Of a stretch of 64,000 nucleotides of DNA, positions 50,961 to 64,000 are shown piece by piece. The notes below the pieces were generated by a model. It was not told where the DNA came from, did not search any database, and saw only the letters and a list, made by a program, of their open reading frames with translations. How positions within the stretch are numbered: the stretch's first letter is position 1; each line of letters begins with the position of its first letter. A program made the position numbers and the translations under genes. The stretch is from Malacoraja senta (Eukaryota): positions 310,001 to 374,000 of the forward strand of contig JAXLNO010000446.1 of assembly GCA_038087875.1 (NCBI GenBank), written 5' to 3'.

Positions 50961-51969
50961 CGAGGACCGACCTCAGAGGACGGGGCCGTTTCAAATAGTT
51001 ATGTCCGTGTACAGGGAACCGGAGAGGAGGGAGGGGGGGGACAGTGAATGTGGTGGACGCTGGACAATGGGGCCTGGGGGGAGGGGTCTTACCTTCCGCA
51101 CCCTCGTGGTCAGCTGCTGGAGGCGCCCCCCCCTCCCGGGAACAATGGCTGGCGAAGGCCGGGCAAGGAGAGGGGCGGTGGTTTGTGGGACAACCGTGCC
51201 TTCATGGCCAGCTGCTGCTGGGACTGTAAAATGGAACCAAACTGGCACCTCCTGTTACATGGACTTGTGTTAGTGCTTCTCTACAGCGATGGTCTTGCTA
51301 AACTCTAGGCTTCACTCTACCTGCTACACGAGGTAATAGAGAAACCAATACAGAAAATCCATCGCAGTTTCACCAAGTCCATGATGTTTCGGGTCGGGAC
51401 CCTTCTTCAGACTCAGCTACCTTCTTTGTCTGAAGAAGGGTCTCCATCTGAAACTTCACCCATTCCTTCTCTCCAGAGATGCTGCTGCCTGTCCCACCGA
51501 GTTAATCCAGCTTCTTGTGTCTATCTTCTGGGAAAAAAGATTCCTTTCATGTTTGACAAAACATAACTACCATAGTGTTCGGTTTAACCTAAGCCAATGC
51601 TCCTTCTGTGAAAATATTGATATCTATTGTGTTGCAGGTTAGTATATATTTATCTGCGTGTTGTGCTGCGTACAGGCTTATCTTCCATGTGAACCAGCAT
51701 CTGCAGTTCCCTCCTACACATCATTTGTCTCACGGTGGAAATGTCAAAATACTAGAGGGCAACATTTTAAGTTGAAGGGAAGCAATGTTTAAGGAGATTT
51801 GTGGACAACCTTTTTACACAGAGGGTGGTGGGTGCCTGGAACGTGGCTGCAAGGGGTGGCGGTGGGGGCAGATATGATAGTGGTGTTTAAGAGGCTTTTA
51901 GATAGACACATGGATATGCAGGGAATGGAGGGACATGGATTATGCACAGGTAGGTAATAGATGGACATA

Positions 51970-52485
51970 AAGTGCTGGAGTAACTCAGCGGGTCAGGCAG
52001 CATCTGTGGAGAACATGGATAGGTGACGTTTCACAGAGTGCTGGAGTAACTCAGCGGGTCAGGCAGCATCTGTGGGGGACATGGATAGGCGACGTTTCAC
52101 ACAGTGCTGGAGTAACTCAGCAGGTCAGGCAGCATCTGTGGAGAACATGGATAGGTGACGTTTCACAGAGTGCTGGAGTAACTCAGCGGGTCAGGCAGCA
52201 TCTGTGGAGCGAAGGAAATGGGCAACCTTTCGGGCCGAAACCCTGAAGGAAATAGGCAACATTTTGGGCCGAAACCCGGAAGGGTTTCGGGCCGAAACGT
52301 TGCCTATTTCCTTCGCTCTATAGATGCTGCCGGAACATGGATAGGTGACGTTTCACATAGTGCTGGAGTAACTCAGCGGGTCAGGCAGCATCTGTGGAGA
52401 ACATGGATAGGTGACGTTTCACACAGTGCTGGAGTAACTCAGCGGGTCAGGCAGCATCTCTGGAGAACATGGATAGGTGACGTTC
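51970..52485 (-). repeat. 66-bp tandem array with 138-bp cassette (52194-52331), reverse orientation
   Basis: Reverse complement of the 9700 and 13528 arrays; adjoins a Penelope tail at about 52500-52770. Confidence 0.93.
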
Positions 52486-52779
52486 ATATAGCCTAATGCA
52501 CACAACCCAGCAGTATGAATATTGATTACTCTAACTTCGTAAACCTTGCATCCCCCTCTCCCCGTCACTCCCCCACCCGTCATACTAGCTTCGAAGTTGT
52601 CTGATAGAATCTTATTGTCTGTCTCATTACCACACAACTAACAATGGCCTGTTTCCTTCATCATCATTACTTTCTTGCATATCTTTTGTTCTATATCTCT
52701 CCATATCTGTTGTTTCTCTTTCCACTGACACTCAGTCTGAAGAAAGGTCTCGACTTAAAACGTCACCTAAAACAAATAT

Positions 52780-53500
52780 GTTTTATTGTTTCTCAGTATG
52801 TCTTGTGTGGGGTGCAGTAGGGGGGGAACAGGGGGAAACTGTTTTCAGGCACGTACCTCGACGGAGATGCGACCTTCCTCCTTGTCGCTTCTTCGCCCTC
52901 TCCTCGCGACCTTACAGCTGGTTTGTTGCGGCCTTTCCCGTAGTTGGGCCCAGAGCTTCAGCGGCGGCACAGTGGGGTCTTTAACATGGCGGAGCGAGCG
53001 TCCCCTTGCCTGGGGGTCGCTGGAGAAGCGCTCTGACCGCTGGCCTGCGGCCTACATCATCCTGGAGCCTGGGTCTGTGGAGCTTCTGGCGGCAGGCGTG
53101 GAGTGGGCCTTCCATCGTGGAGCGGGCGATCCCTCGCCGGCGGGGGTTGCCGGAGAAGAGCTCCGACCGCCGGCCTGCGGCCTACGTCATCCTGGAGCCT
53201 CGGTCTCCGGTAAGGAGGCGGCCGACTTGGGAGCTCCGGGCCGCGGGGTATGCTCGACCTGTCCCGACGTCGGCGTTCCGACCATCCCGACCAGAGGGCT
53301 TGAACATCGGGCAGTCTGTAGCGGTGACTATGGAGGGTCAGGGCCCCGACCACGGGTCAACAAGGGAGGAGGAGGAGGAATGTGTGAACTGTATTGCCTT
53401 CCACCACAGTGAAGAATGCTGTGTTGGGTTATGTTGTGTATTGTGTCCTTGTTTAATTGTAACGCTGCATGGTCAATGACAAATACACTTGAAATTTGAA
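52780..53500 (+). mobile_element. Unclassified CpG-rich non-autonomous retroelement
   Basis: CpG-rich body with an internal duplication (cggcctgcggcctac.tcatcctggagcct x2) and a gacaaatacacttgaa LINE-like tail. Confidence 0.45.
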
Positions 53501-53501
53501 C

Positions 53502-53855
53502 CTTCTCCACAGATGCTGCCTGACCCGCTGAGTTACTCCAGCACTCTGTGAAACGTCACCTATCCATGTTCTCCACAGATGCTGCCTGACCCGCTGAGTT
53601 ACTCCAGCACTCTGTGAAACGTCACCTATCCATGTTCTCCACAGATGCTGCCTGACCCACCCGCTGAGTTACTCCAGCACTCTGTGAAACGTCACCTATC
53701 CATGTTCTCCACAGATGCTGCCTGACCCGCTGAGTTACTCCAGCACTCTGTGAAACGTCACCTATCCATGTTCTCCACAGATGCTGCCTGACCCGCTGAG
53801 TTACTCCAGCACTCTGTGTCTATCTTAGCTTTAATCCAGCATCTGAGTTCCTTCC
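53502..53855 (+). repeat. 66-bp tandem array (about 5 copies, no cassette)
   Basis: Same unit as 9700. Confidence 0.93.
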
Positions 53856-54174
53856 TACTCAATTCCCCGCGAGACTGCTACACCCGGCATTGCTCCCACT
53901 AATGTCTCTGTGGTTGGAGATAAGGATGTCATGTTAGGCTTGGCCAAGACCTGGACAATGCTGAGAGGAAGTCCATGCTGCCACACCTGCCATTGTCCCA
54001 CAGACAGGGTTATCCATCTCCCTCCCACAGGGCAACAACAATGTACATCTTGAAGAGCAATCAGGTTAGTGACCTGCCCTGGAACGAACCGCAACATAGC
54101 GCTTTAATACAGAGATGTCAGTCACTGGCTTCCTGACTGCCTGCAATACCCAACCCAAGATACTTTAGACTTTA

Positions 54175-54450
54175 GACACAGCACGGAGACAGGCACATCA
54201 GCCCACCGGGTCCGCGCCGACCAGCAACACTAACACCATCTTACACACTAGGGATCATTTACGATTTTACCAAAGCCAATTAACCTACAAACCTGCAGGT
54301 CTTTGGAGAGCGGGAGGAAACCGGAGCACCCAGAGAAAACCCACGCAGGTCACGGGGGAGAACGTACAAACTCCGTACCGGGGTCAGGATTGAACCCGGG
54401 ACTCTGGCGCTGTGAGGCAGCAGCTCTACCCGCTGCACCACCGTGCCACC
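54175..54450 (-). mobile_element. V-SINE (HE1-like); further copies at 61740-61980 and 63720-63990 (-)
   Basis: tRNA head ggtggcacggtggtgcagcgggtagagc..ggttcaatcc plus the V-domain. Confidence 0.85.
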
Positions 54451-54853
54451 CACTGTACTGCGTGCACCCCACCCTGTAATCTGCAGAATCACTCCGTGAT
54501 CAGTGGCACAGCGGTAGAGTTGCTGCCTTCAAGTGCCAGAAGGATATGTACCAAACACAGGTAAATGAGACTAGCTTACATGGGGAAAGAGCAGGTTAGG
54601 ATGATGTTTCTTTGCTGCTGGTGAGGCCACACTTGTGTTCAGTGCTGGTCACCCTACTGTAGGAAGCAGGTCATTTCAGGTGGATCAGGTGCAGAGAACT
54701 TTTACGTTGCCAGGATTCGAGGGTGTGAGCTATAGGGGGAGGTTGAGCAGGCTGGGACTCTGTCCCTTGGAGCGCAGGAGGATGAGGGGTGATCATATAG
54801 AGGTGTATAAAATCATGAGAGGAATAGATCAGGTAGATGCAATAGACAATAGC

Positions 54854-56281
54854 CATAGATACATAGATACATAGAAAATAGGTGCAGGAGTAGGCCATTC
54901 GGCCCTTCGAGCCTGCACCGCCATTCAATATGATCATGGCTGATCATCCAACTCAGTATCCCGTACCTGCCTTCTCTCCATACCCCCTGATCCCTTTAGC
55001 CACAAGGGCCACATCTAACTCCCTCTTAAATATAGCCAATGAACTGGCCTCAACTACCCTCTGTGGCAGAGAGTTCCAGAGATTCACCACTCTCTGTGGG
55101 AAAAAGATTTTCCTCATCTAGGTCTTAAAGGATTTCCCCCTTATCCTTAAGCTGTGACCCCTTGTCCTGGACTTCCCCAACAACGGGAACAATCTTCCTG
55201 CATTTAGCCTATCCAACCCCATAAGAATTTTGTAAGTTTCTACAAGATCCCCTCTCAATCTCCTAAATTCTAGCGAGTATAAGCCAAGTCTATCCAGTCT
55301 TTCTTCATATGAAAGTCCTGACATCCCAGGAATCAGTCTGGTGAACCATCTCTGCACTCCCTCTATGGCTATAATGTCCTTCCTCAGATATGGAGACCAA
55401 AACTGTACGCAATACTCCAGGTGTGGTCTCACCAAGACCCTGTACAACTGCAGTAGAACCTCCCTGCTCCTATACTCAAATCCTTTTGCTATGAAAGCTA
55501 ACATACCATTCACTTTCTTCACTGCCTGCTGCACCTGCATGCCTACTTTCAATGACTGGTGTACCATGACACCCAGGTCTCGCTGCATCTCCCCATTTCC
55601 TAATCGGCCACCATTTAGATAATAGTCTGCTTTCCTGTTTTTGCCACCAAAGTGGATAACCTCACATTTATCCACATTATACTGCATCTGCCAAACATTT
55701 GCCCACTCACCCAGCCTATCCAAGTCACCTTGCAGTCTCCTAGCATCCTCCTCACAGCTAACACTGCCCCCCAGCTTAGTGTCATCCGCAAACTTGGAGA
55801 TGTTGCCTTCAATTCCCTCATCCAGCTCATTAATATAAATTGTAAATAGCTGGGGTCCCAGCACTGAGCCTTGCGGTACCCCACTAGTCACTGCCTGCCA
55901 TTGTGAAAAGGACCCATTTACTCCTACACTTTGCTTCCTGTTTGCCAGCCAGTTCTCTATCCACATCAATACTGAACCCCCAATACCGTGTGCTAGACAA
56001 TAGACAATAGGTGCAGGAGTAGGCCATTTGGCCCTTCGAGCCAGCACGGCCATTCAATGTGATCATGGCTGATCATCCCCAATCAGTACCCCGTTCCTGC
56101 CTTCTCCCCATATCCCCTGACTCCACTATTTTTAAGAGCCCTATCTAGCTCTCTCTTGAAAGCATCCAGAGAACTGGCCTCCACCGCCCTCTGAGGCAGA
56201 GAATTCCACAGACTCACAACTCTCTGTGTGAAAAGGTGTTTCCTCGTCTCCGTTCTAAATGGCTTACCCCTTATTCTTAAA
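54854..56281 (-). mobile_element. Two tandem 5'-truncated CR1 copies (54854-55993; 55994-56281)
   Basis: Open RT frame [20 protein letters not shown]..; two separate 3' UTRs and tails. Confidence 0.93.
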
Positions 56282-57464
56282 GACTCTCTTATCCAGTGTA
56301 GGGGAATCAAGAACTAGAGGTCATAGGTTTAAGTAGGGAGGGGAAAGATTTAATAGGAACCTGAGGGGCAACTTTTCCACACAGAGGGTGGTGAGTGTAT
56401 GGAACGAGCTGCTGGAGGAGGTAGTTGAGGCAGGGACTATCATAAAGTTTAAGATACAGTTGGACAGGTACATGGATAGGACAGGTTTAGAGGGATATGG
56501 GTCAAATGGTGGCAGGAGGGACTAGTGTAGATAGGGCATGTTGGTCGGCATAGACAAGTTGGGCCGAAGGGCCTGTTACTGTGCCCTTTGACTCGATGAC
56601 TCTAATCGTGACCTGTCTTCTTTCAATGTATTTAACATTTGCATAAATAGGGATCAGAAGATTGTACCATTGTATTTATTATGGTCGTAGTGTCACAGAG
56701 ACATGCAGCAGGGAAACAGGCCCTTCGGCCCAACTCATCCGTTCTGACCAACCCTAGTCCCATTTGCTAAAGTGTCGAACAACGCTGCAGATAGTTTATA
56801 GAATAACATAAAGGCAAAATCTCGTAAAGTCCAGAGATTGGAAATATTAAAATAGAGAATGCCTGAAATACTCAGCAGGTCAGGCAACATGTGGCGAGGG
56901 AAATATTGTTCATGTCTCTGGCTTTTTTAATTTAGTTTAGTTTAGTTTAGAGATACAGCGCGGAAACAGAACCTTCGGCCCACCGGGTCCGTGCCGCACA
57001 CTAACACTATCCTACACACACTAGGAACAATTTCTATTTATACCAAGCCAATTAAGAAGGGTCTCGACCCGAAATGTCACCCATTTCTTCCATCCAGCCA
57101 TGGTGCCTGTCCCGCTGAGTTACTCCAGCAACTTGTGTCTGTCTTCAATTAAACTATAAACCTTGCTAATGATCAACAGAAAGCTGAAACTCCTTATGAT
57201 GTTGCTAATGTTAAATAACAAAGCCAGAGAACATTGTGTGTGATTTAACTAATTAATGTGCAATTGTGGAATAATGTTAACCATCGGTTACTTCATTGTA
57301 GCCATCAGTAATATAGACTGACTGTAACAGGGGGGAAGGAGCAGGAAGAGAGATGGGGGTGGGATAGAGTCTGGATGAATGGTTCTCCCATAAGCTAGGC
57401 TACAGGCCGATTCACCTCCTCCCCATTGACTTCATCTACACCACCCTGCCTCAGGAAAACCAAG

Positions 57465-57932
57465 CATGTTGCCTGGGTTTCAGCAACTAAGTTACAGAGA
57501 AAGGTTGAACAAGTTAGGGCTTTATTCTTTGGAGCGCAGAAGGTTAAGGGGGAACTTGATAGAGGTCTTTAAAATGATGAGAGGGATAGACAGAGTTGAC
57601 GTGGATAAGCTTTTCCCACTGAGAGTAGGGAAGATTCAAACAAGGGAACATGACTTGAGAATTAAGGGACAGAAGTTTAGGGGTAACATGAGGGGAAACT
57701 TCTTTACTCAGAGAGTGGTGGCTGTGTGGAATGAGCTTCCAGTGAAGGTGGTGGAGGCAGGTTCGTTTTTATCATTTAAAAATAAATTGGATAGTTATAT
57801 GGACGGGAAAGGAATGGAGGGTTATGGTCTGAGCGCAGGTAGATGGGACTAGGGGAGAATACGTGTTCGGCACGGACTAGAAGGGTCGAGATGGCCTGTT
57901 TCCGTGCTGTAATTGTTATATGGTTATATGGT
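57465..57932 (+). mobile_element. CR1 3' fragment, distinct subfamily with a (ggttatat)n tail
   Basis: MLPGFQQLSYRERLNKLGLYSLERRRLRG..GRWD. Confidence 0.9.
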
Positions 57933-58024
57933 TAAAACACAATGCTCTAAATGTCTTGTAACCACGAGAACCACAATTGTGGACGCAGCCCAGACCATCA
58001 CACAAACCAACCTCCCCTCCATTC

Positions 58025-58620
58025 TTTCCCTTGCAACCGCAGGAAATGCTACACTTGTCGCTTTATCTTCCCCCTTGACTCATTTCAAGGACCCAAGCAG
58101 CCGTTCCAGGTGCGACAGAGGTTCACCTGCATCTCCTCCAACCTCATCTATTGCATCCGCTGCTCTAGATGTCAGCTGATCTACATCGGTGAGACCAAGT
58201 GGAGGCTTGGCGATCGTTTCGCCGAACACCTCCGCACGGTCCGCAATAACCAACCTGACCTCCCGGTGGCTCAGCACCTCAACTCCCCCTCCCATTCCCA
58301 ATCCGACCTTTCTGTCCTGGGTCTCCTCCATGGTCAGAGTGAGGCCCACCAGAATTTGGAGGAGCAGCACCTCATATTTCCGCTTGGGTAGTTTACACCC
58401 CAGTGGCATGAACATTGACCTCCAATTTCAGATAGTCCCAACTGTCTCCTCCCCTTCCCAGCTCTCCCTCAGCCCTCTGGCTCCTCCTCTTCCTTTCTTC
58501 TTCCTGCCTCCCCCCCACCCTCACATCAGTCTGAAGAAGGGATTCAGCCCGAAACGTTGCCTATTTCCTTCGCTCCATAGATGCTGCCACCCGCTGAGTT
58601 TCTCCAGTATTTTTGTCTTC
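58025..58620 (+). mobile_element. Penelope GIY-YIG fragment + terminal repeat
   Basis: CNRRKCYTC..NLIYCIRCSRCQLIYIGET; ctgaagaagggattcagcccgaaacgttgcc at 58531. Confidence 0.88.
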
Positions 58621-58654
58621 CTCCCTTCCATTGACTCCTTTTATACCTGACTGA

Positions 58655-58909
58655 AGACTGAAGAAGGGTCTCGACCCGAAACATCACCCATTCCTTCTCT
58701 CCAGAGACGCTGCCTGTCCCGCTGAGTTACTCCAGCACTCTGTGAAACGTCACCTATCCATGTTCTCCACAGATGCTGCCTGACCCGCTGAGTTACTCCA
58801 GCACTCTGTGAAACGTCACCTATCCATGTTCTCCACAGATGCTGCCTGACCCGCTGAGTTACTCCAGCACTCTGTGAAACGTCACCTATCCATGTTCTCC
58901 ACAGATGCT
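58655..58909 (+). repeat. Penelope terminal repeat grading into a 66-bp array (about 3 copies)
   Basis: ctgaagaagggtctcgacccgaaacatcacc followed directly by 66-bp units. Confidence 0.9.
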
Positions 58910-61739
58910 TGAGAAGGATCTTGAGAAGGAGAACGTTAAATCGGAAGTGGCAGTGATGCAGTTGAACAAAGGGGACTATGAAGGCATGAGAGGGGAGCTG
59001 GCCAAAGTAGACTGGAAAGGGATCCAAGCAGGAATGACGGTGGAACAGCAATGGCAGGAATTTCTGGACATAATCCGGGAGACGCAGGATCATTTCATTC
59101 CAAAAAGGGAAGAAAGATTCTAAGGGGAGTAGGAGGCAACCATGGCTGACAAGAGAAGTTAGGGATAGAATAAAACTAAAAGAAAAGATGTATAACACAG
59201 CGGTCTGCGGTCTGAGGGCGTCCCGCCACGGGCGGGCGGCGCTGGATCGAACACACCGTGGAGTCAGAGCCGAAGCTCCAACCAGCACAGCCTGAAGTCC
59301 ACGGGTGTCGCAGTCTTCGGGGAGGGAGCGGCCGCTCCAGACACTTCCAAGCCGCTGAGGACTTTTCCACCCGCTGCCGTGTGTTCCAGCTTCCCGGCGG
59401 GTGGGCCTATAATCATCGGGCTGCCGTTGCGGCGACTGGCTGCGGAGCCCTCAAACTGGCCCCGACCTCGGGTGGTCTAGGAGGAGGACTGGACATATTG
59501 GCGCCTTTCCCTCACAGTGGAGAGTGTCGACTCTGCTGTGGGGGATGTTCATGTTGAGTCTCTGACAGTGTGTCTGTCTTTTTTGTTCTGCCTTTTTTTC
59601 TTTTTTGTTTGAAGCTCGGAGGGGACCGTGCCTTTGCTGTGTCGGCACCGTTACCTTCTGTTATGTTGTCTGTTTATGATGTCTTGTTTAGTCTTCTGTA
59701 CAGCACTTTGGCCAACATTGGTTGTTTTAAAGTGCTTAACAAATAAAGTTGGATTGGATTGGACAGCAAAGAGTAACCGGAAGCCAGAGGATTGGGAAAC
59801 TTTCATAGGACAACAGAAGAAAACAAAACGGGCAATATGGGCTGAAAAGATGAAGTACGAGGGGAAGCTGGCCAGGAATATAAAGAAGGACAGTAAAAGC
59901 TTCTTTAGATATGTTAAGGGAAAAAGAATAGCAAAGTCTAATGTGGGTCCCTTGAAGGCAGACACGGGTGAAATTATTATGGGGAACAAGGAAATGGCAG
60001 AAGAGTTGAACAGGTACATCGGATCTGTCTTCACTAAGGAAGACACAAACAATCTCCCAGATGTACTGGAGGACAGAGGATCTAAGGGGCTAGAGGAACT
60101 GTAAGAAATTTTCATTAGGCGAGAAATAGTATTGGGTAGGCTAATGGGACTGAAGGATGATAAATCCCCTGGGCCTGATGGTCTGCATCCCAGGGTCCTC
60201 AGGGAAGTGGCTCTTGAAATAGTGGACGCATTGGTGATCATTTTCCAATGTTCAATAGATTCAGGATCAGTTCCTGTGGATTGGAGGATAGCTAATGTTA
60301 TCCCACTTTCCAAGAAAGGAGCGAGAGAGAAAACGGGGAATTACAGACCAGTTAGCCTGACTTGTGGTGGGAAAGATGCTGGAGTCAATTATTAAAGATG
60401 TAATAATGGGGCATTTGGATAGTAGCAAAAGGATTAGTCCAAGTCAACATGGATTTATGAAAGGGAAATCATGCTTGATTAATCTTCTGGAATTTTTTGA
60501 GGATGTGACAAGTAAAATGGATGAAGGGGTGCCAGTGGATGTAGTGTATCTAGACTTTCAGAAAGCCTTTGATAAGGTCCCGCACGAGAGACTGGTGACT
60601 AAAATTAGAGCACATGGTATTGGGGGTAGGGTGTTAACGTGGATAAAAAATTGGTTGGCAGACCGGAAGCAAAGAGTAGGAGTGAACGGGTCCTTTTCAG
60701 AATGGCAGGCAGTGGCGAGTGGAGTGCCGCAAGGCTCAGTGTTGGGGCCGCAACTGATTACCATATATATTAATGATTTGGAAGAGGGAATTAGGAGCAA
60801 CACTAGCAAGTTTGCGGATGACACAAAGCTGGGCGCAGTGTGAACTGTGAAGAGGATGTTAGGAGGTTGCAGGGTGACCTGGACAGGTTGAGTGAGTGGG
60901 CAGATGCGTGGCAGATGCAGTATAATATAGATAAATGTGAGGTTATCCACTTTGGCGGCAAAATCAAGGGGGCAGATTATTATCTCAATGGGGTTAGGTT
61001 AGGTAAGGGGGAGGTACAGCGAGACCTGGGCGTCCTTGTACACCGGTCACTGAAGGTTGGCGTGCAGGTACAGCAGGCAGTGAAGAAAGCTAATGGAATG
61101 TTGGCCTTCATAACAAGAGGATTTCAGTATAGGAGTAAAGAGGTTCTTCTGCAGTTGTATAGGGCTCTGGTGAGACCACATCTGGAGTATTGTGTACAGT
61201 TTTGGTCTCCTAATTTGAGGAAGGACATCCTTGTGATTGAGGCAGTGCAGCGTAGGTTCACGAGATTGATCCCTGGGATGGTGGGACTGTCATATGAGGA
61301 AAGATTGAAAAGACTAGGCTTGTATTCACTGGAGTTTACAAGGATGAGGGGGAATCTTATAGAAACATATAAAATTATAAAAGGACTGGACAAGCTAGAT
61401 GCAGGAAAAATGTTCCCAATGTTGGGCGAGTCCAGAACCAGGGGCCACAGTCTTAGAATAAAGGGGAGGTCATTTAAGACTGAGGTGAGAAAAAAAGTTT
61501 TCACGCAGAGAGTTGTGAATTTGTGGAATTCCCTGCCACAGAGGGCAGTGGAGGCCAAATTACTGGATGGATTTAGGAGAGTTAGATAGAGCTCTAGGGG
61601 CTAGTGGAGTCAAGGGATATGGGGAGAAGGCAGACCCGGGTTATTGATAGGGGACGATCAGCCATGATCACAATGAATAGTGGTGCTGGCTTGAAGGGCC
61701 GAATGGCCTCCTCCTGCACCTATTTTCTATGTTTCTATG
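58910..61739 (+). mobile_element. Long 5'-truncated CR1 ORF2 with nested insertion
   Basis: LNKGDYEGMR.., [24 protein letters not shown] and 3' UTR; frameshifts and stops. Confidence 0.93.
59202..59762 (+). mobile_element. Non-autonomous retroelement with L2-like tail, inserted in CR1
   Basis: ACAGC target-site duplication (59197-59201 / 59763-59767); ends cagcactttggccaac..aaataaagttggattggattgg. Confidence 0.75.
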
Positions 61740-62118
61740 ACCAGCGATCCCCGCACACAAACACTACACACTAGAGACAATTTACAATTTTACCAAAGCC
61801 AATCAACCTACAAACCTGTACGTCTTTGGAATATGGGAGAAAACCGGAGCACCCGGAGAAAACCCACGCAGGTCACTGGGAGAACGTACATATTCCTTAC
61901 AGACAGCACCCGTAGTCAGGATGGAACCCGGGTCTCTGGAGCTGTGAGGCAGCAACTCTACCGCTGCACCACCGTGCCGTCCTAGGGTTATACGGAGACT
62001 GTTATAGAACATTTGGACACATATGGAAAGAGTTTAGAGGAATATGGGCCAAATACAGGCAATTGGGACTTGACCAGTGGTCAGCTTGGACAAAGAGGGC
62101 GGAAGAGCATTACAGTAT

Positions 62119-62906
62119 TGTGTGTCCCAGTGTGTCCCTGTGTGTCCCAGTGTGTGTCCCAGTGTGTCCCTGTGTGTCCCTGTGTGTCTCTGTGTGTCCC
62201 TGTGTGTCCCTGTGTGTCTCTGTGTGTCCCTGTGTGTCCCTGTATGTCCCTGTGTGTCCCTGTATGTCCCTGTGTGTCTCTGTGTCTCTGTGTCTCTGTG
62301 TCTCTGTGTCTCTGTGTCTCTGTGACTCTGTGTCTCTGTGTCTCTGTGTCTCTGTGTCTCTGTGTCTCTGTGACTCTGTGTCTCTGTGTCTCTGTGTCTC
62401 TGTGTCTCTGTGTCTCTGTGTCTCTGTGTCTCTGTGACTCCGTGTCTCCGTGTCTCCGTGTCTCTGTATCACTGTATCTATGTGTCCCTGTGTCCCTGTG
62501 ACTCTGTATCACTGTGTCTATGTGTCCCTGTGTGTCCCTGTGTGTCCCTGTGTGACTCTGTGTCTCTGTGTCTCTGTGTCTCCGTGACTCCGTGTCTCTG
62601 TATCACTGTATCTATGTGTCCCTGTGTCCCTGTGTCTCTGTATCACTGTATCTATGTGTCCCTGTGTGTCCCTGTGTGTCTCTGTGTGTCTCTGTGTGTC
62701 TCTGTGTGTCCCTGTGTGTCCCTGTGTGTCTCTGTGTCTCTGTGTCTCTGTGTCTCTGTGTCTCTGTGTCTCTGTGTCTCTGTGTCTCCGTGACTCCGTG
62801 TCTCCGTGTCTCTGTATCACTGTATCTATGTGTCCCTGTGTCCCTGTGTCTCTGTATCACTGTATCTATGTGTCCCTGTGTCCCTGTGACTCTGTATCAC
62901 TGTGTC
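62119..62906. repeat. (TGTCTC/TGTGTCCC)n compound minisatellite
   Basis: Directly visible; has a larger internal repeat marked by tgtatcactgtatcta. Confidence 0.97.
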
Positions 62907-64000
62907 TCCTCTTGGTTTTGCAGCCAGCTCCTGAAGCGGCGTGAAGTGACGGTCCCGACCAAGATTGAGGATCTATCGGCAGAGTTGGACAGCTGGATAG
63001 CCTGTACACAGACAACCAGCAAGTAAGGCCATCAGTCTTCATCAAACCCAGCACGCCTTTCAGGCAGTTGGCACGACTCGAAAGCCTGAGGTACAATGAG
63101 AGAGCCCAGGTAGATCAGGTGGTCAAAAAAGCCTTTGGCACATTGACCTTCCTGGATTATAGAAGTTGGGAGGTCACGTTGCAGTTGTATAAGACGTTGG
63201 TGAGACCACATTTAGAGTATTATGTTCAGTTTTGGTCACCCAGTTATAGGAAAGATGTTGTCAAGCTGGAAATGGGTGCAGAGGGAATCGAGAACTAAGG
63301 ACAAAGATTTAAGTGGAAAGAAAGGATGGTGAGAGGTTTCATTTTCACACTAAGGGTGGTGGTTTCAGGTTTAATTTAGTTTATTGTCACGTGTACCCTC
63401 TCTGTCCCCATAACCTTTGGCAGCTGTGTTAATTCAGCAATGTGTAGGGAGGCAGGGACTATCACAACATGTAAAAGACGTCTGGACAGGGACATTGATA
63501 GGACAGGTTTGGAGGGATACGGGCCAGACACAGGCAGGTGGGACTAGTGTAGATGGGGCATGTTGATCGGTGTGGGAAAGTTGGGCCGCAGGGCCTGTGG
63601 TCATGCTGTACGACTCTGTGATATACAGTCTATCCCACAATACGGTGTTCCAACCACGTTCCAAACCGAATCGCTGCCTGACCCGCTGAGTTACTCCAGC
63701 ACTTTGATTAGTTTAGTAATACAGCACGGAAACAGGCTCTTCGGCCCACTGGGTCCATGCCAGCCAGCGATCACTGCACACTAATACTATCCCACACACA
63801 CTAGGAACAATTTATAATTTTGCCAAAGCTAATTGACCTGCAAACCTTTACGTCTTTGGAGTGTGGGAGGAAACCGGAGCACCTGGAGTAAACCCACGCA
63901 GGTCACGGGGAGTACGTACAAACTCCGTACAGACAGCACCCGTAGCCAGGATGGAACCCGGGTCTCTGGCGATGTGAGGCTGCACCACAGTCTTTTTTGG

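Noticed and set aside
44800..51273. Very long ORFs (up to 1034 aa; PAQPS / GWAGL repeats)
   Set aside because: Artefact of a stop-free pentamer repeat, open in most frames on both strands.
62013..63026. Cys/Val- and His/Thr-rich ORFs here and at 1996-2608, 19133-19708, 46948-47581
   Set aside because: Translations of micro- and minisatellites.
29200..64000. Expected syntenic neighbour spcs3 downstream of vegfc
   Set aside because: No SPCS3-like peptide recognised in any ORF or unique segment.

Overview
Vertebrate genomic DNA, most likely a cartilaginous fish such as a skate or ray. That assignment is inferred from the repeat content (HER1-like CR1 LINEs, HE1/V-SINE-like SINEs, Penelope-derived repeats). 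The only host gene I can support is the 3' half of vegfc on the + strand. Three coding exons (19661-19773, 22927-23260, 28676-28796) splice in frame through canonical AG/GT sites and encode the Cys-rich silk-homology C-terminal propeptide. A 3' UTR follows, with a miR-128/miR-27 seed site and AATAAA at 29161. Most of the rest is transposon-derived: many CR1 LINEs (some nested), Penelope GIY-YIG fragments, and Rex1, Tx1, Vingi and Tc1 remnants. There are also Harbinger-type MITEs, Helitron-like termini, a hAT-like composite, V-SINEs and minisatellites. The least ordinary structures are (i) Penelope terminal repeats with minimal hammerhead-ribozyme-like cores, which have spawned a dispersed family of 66-bp tandem arrays around a fixed 138-bp fold-back cassette, and (ii) a tandemly duplicated block joining a CpG-rich segment, a hAT-like end and kilobase (GGGCT)n arrays with higher-order structure. 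Two 200-N assembly gaps are present. All family assignments are by eye; no database search was run, and repeat boundaries are approximate.
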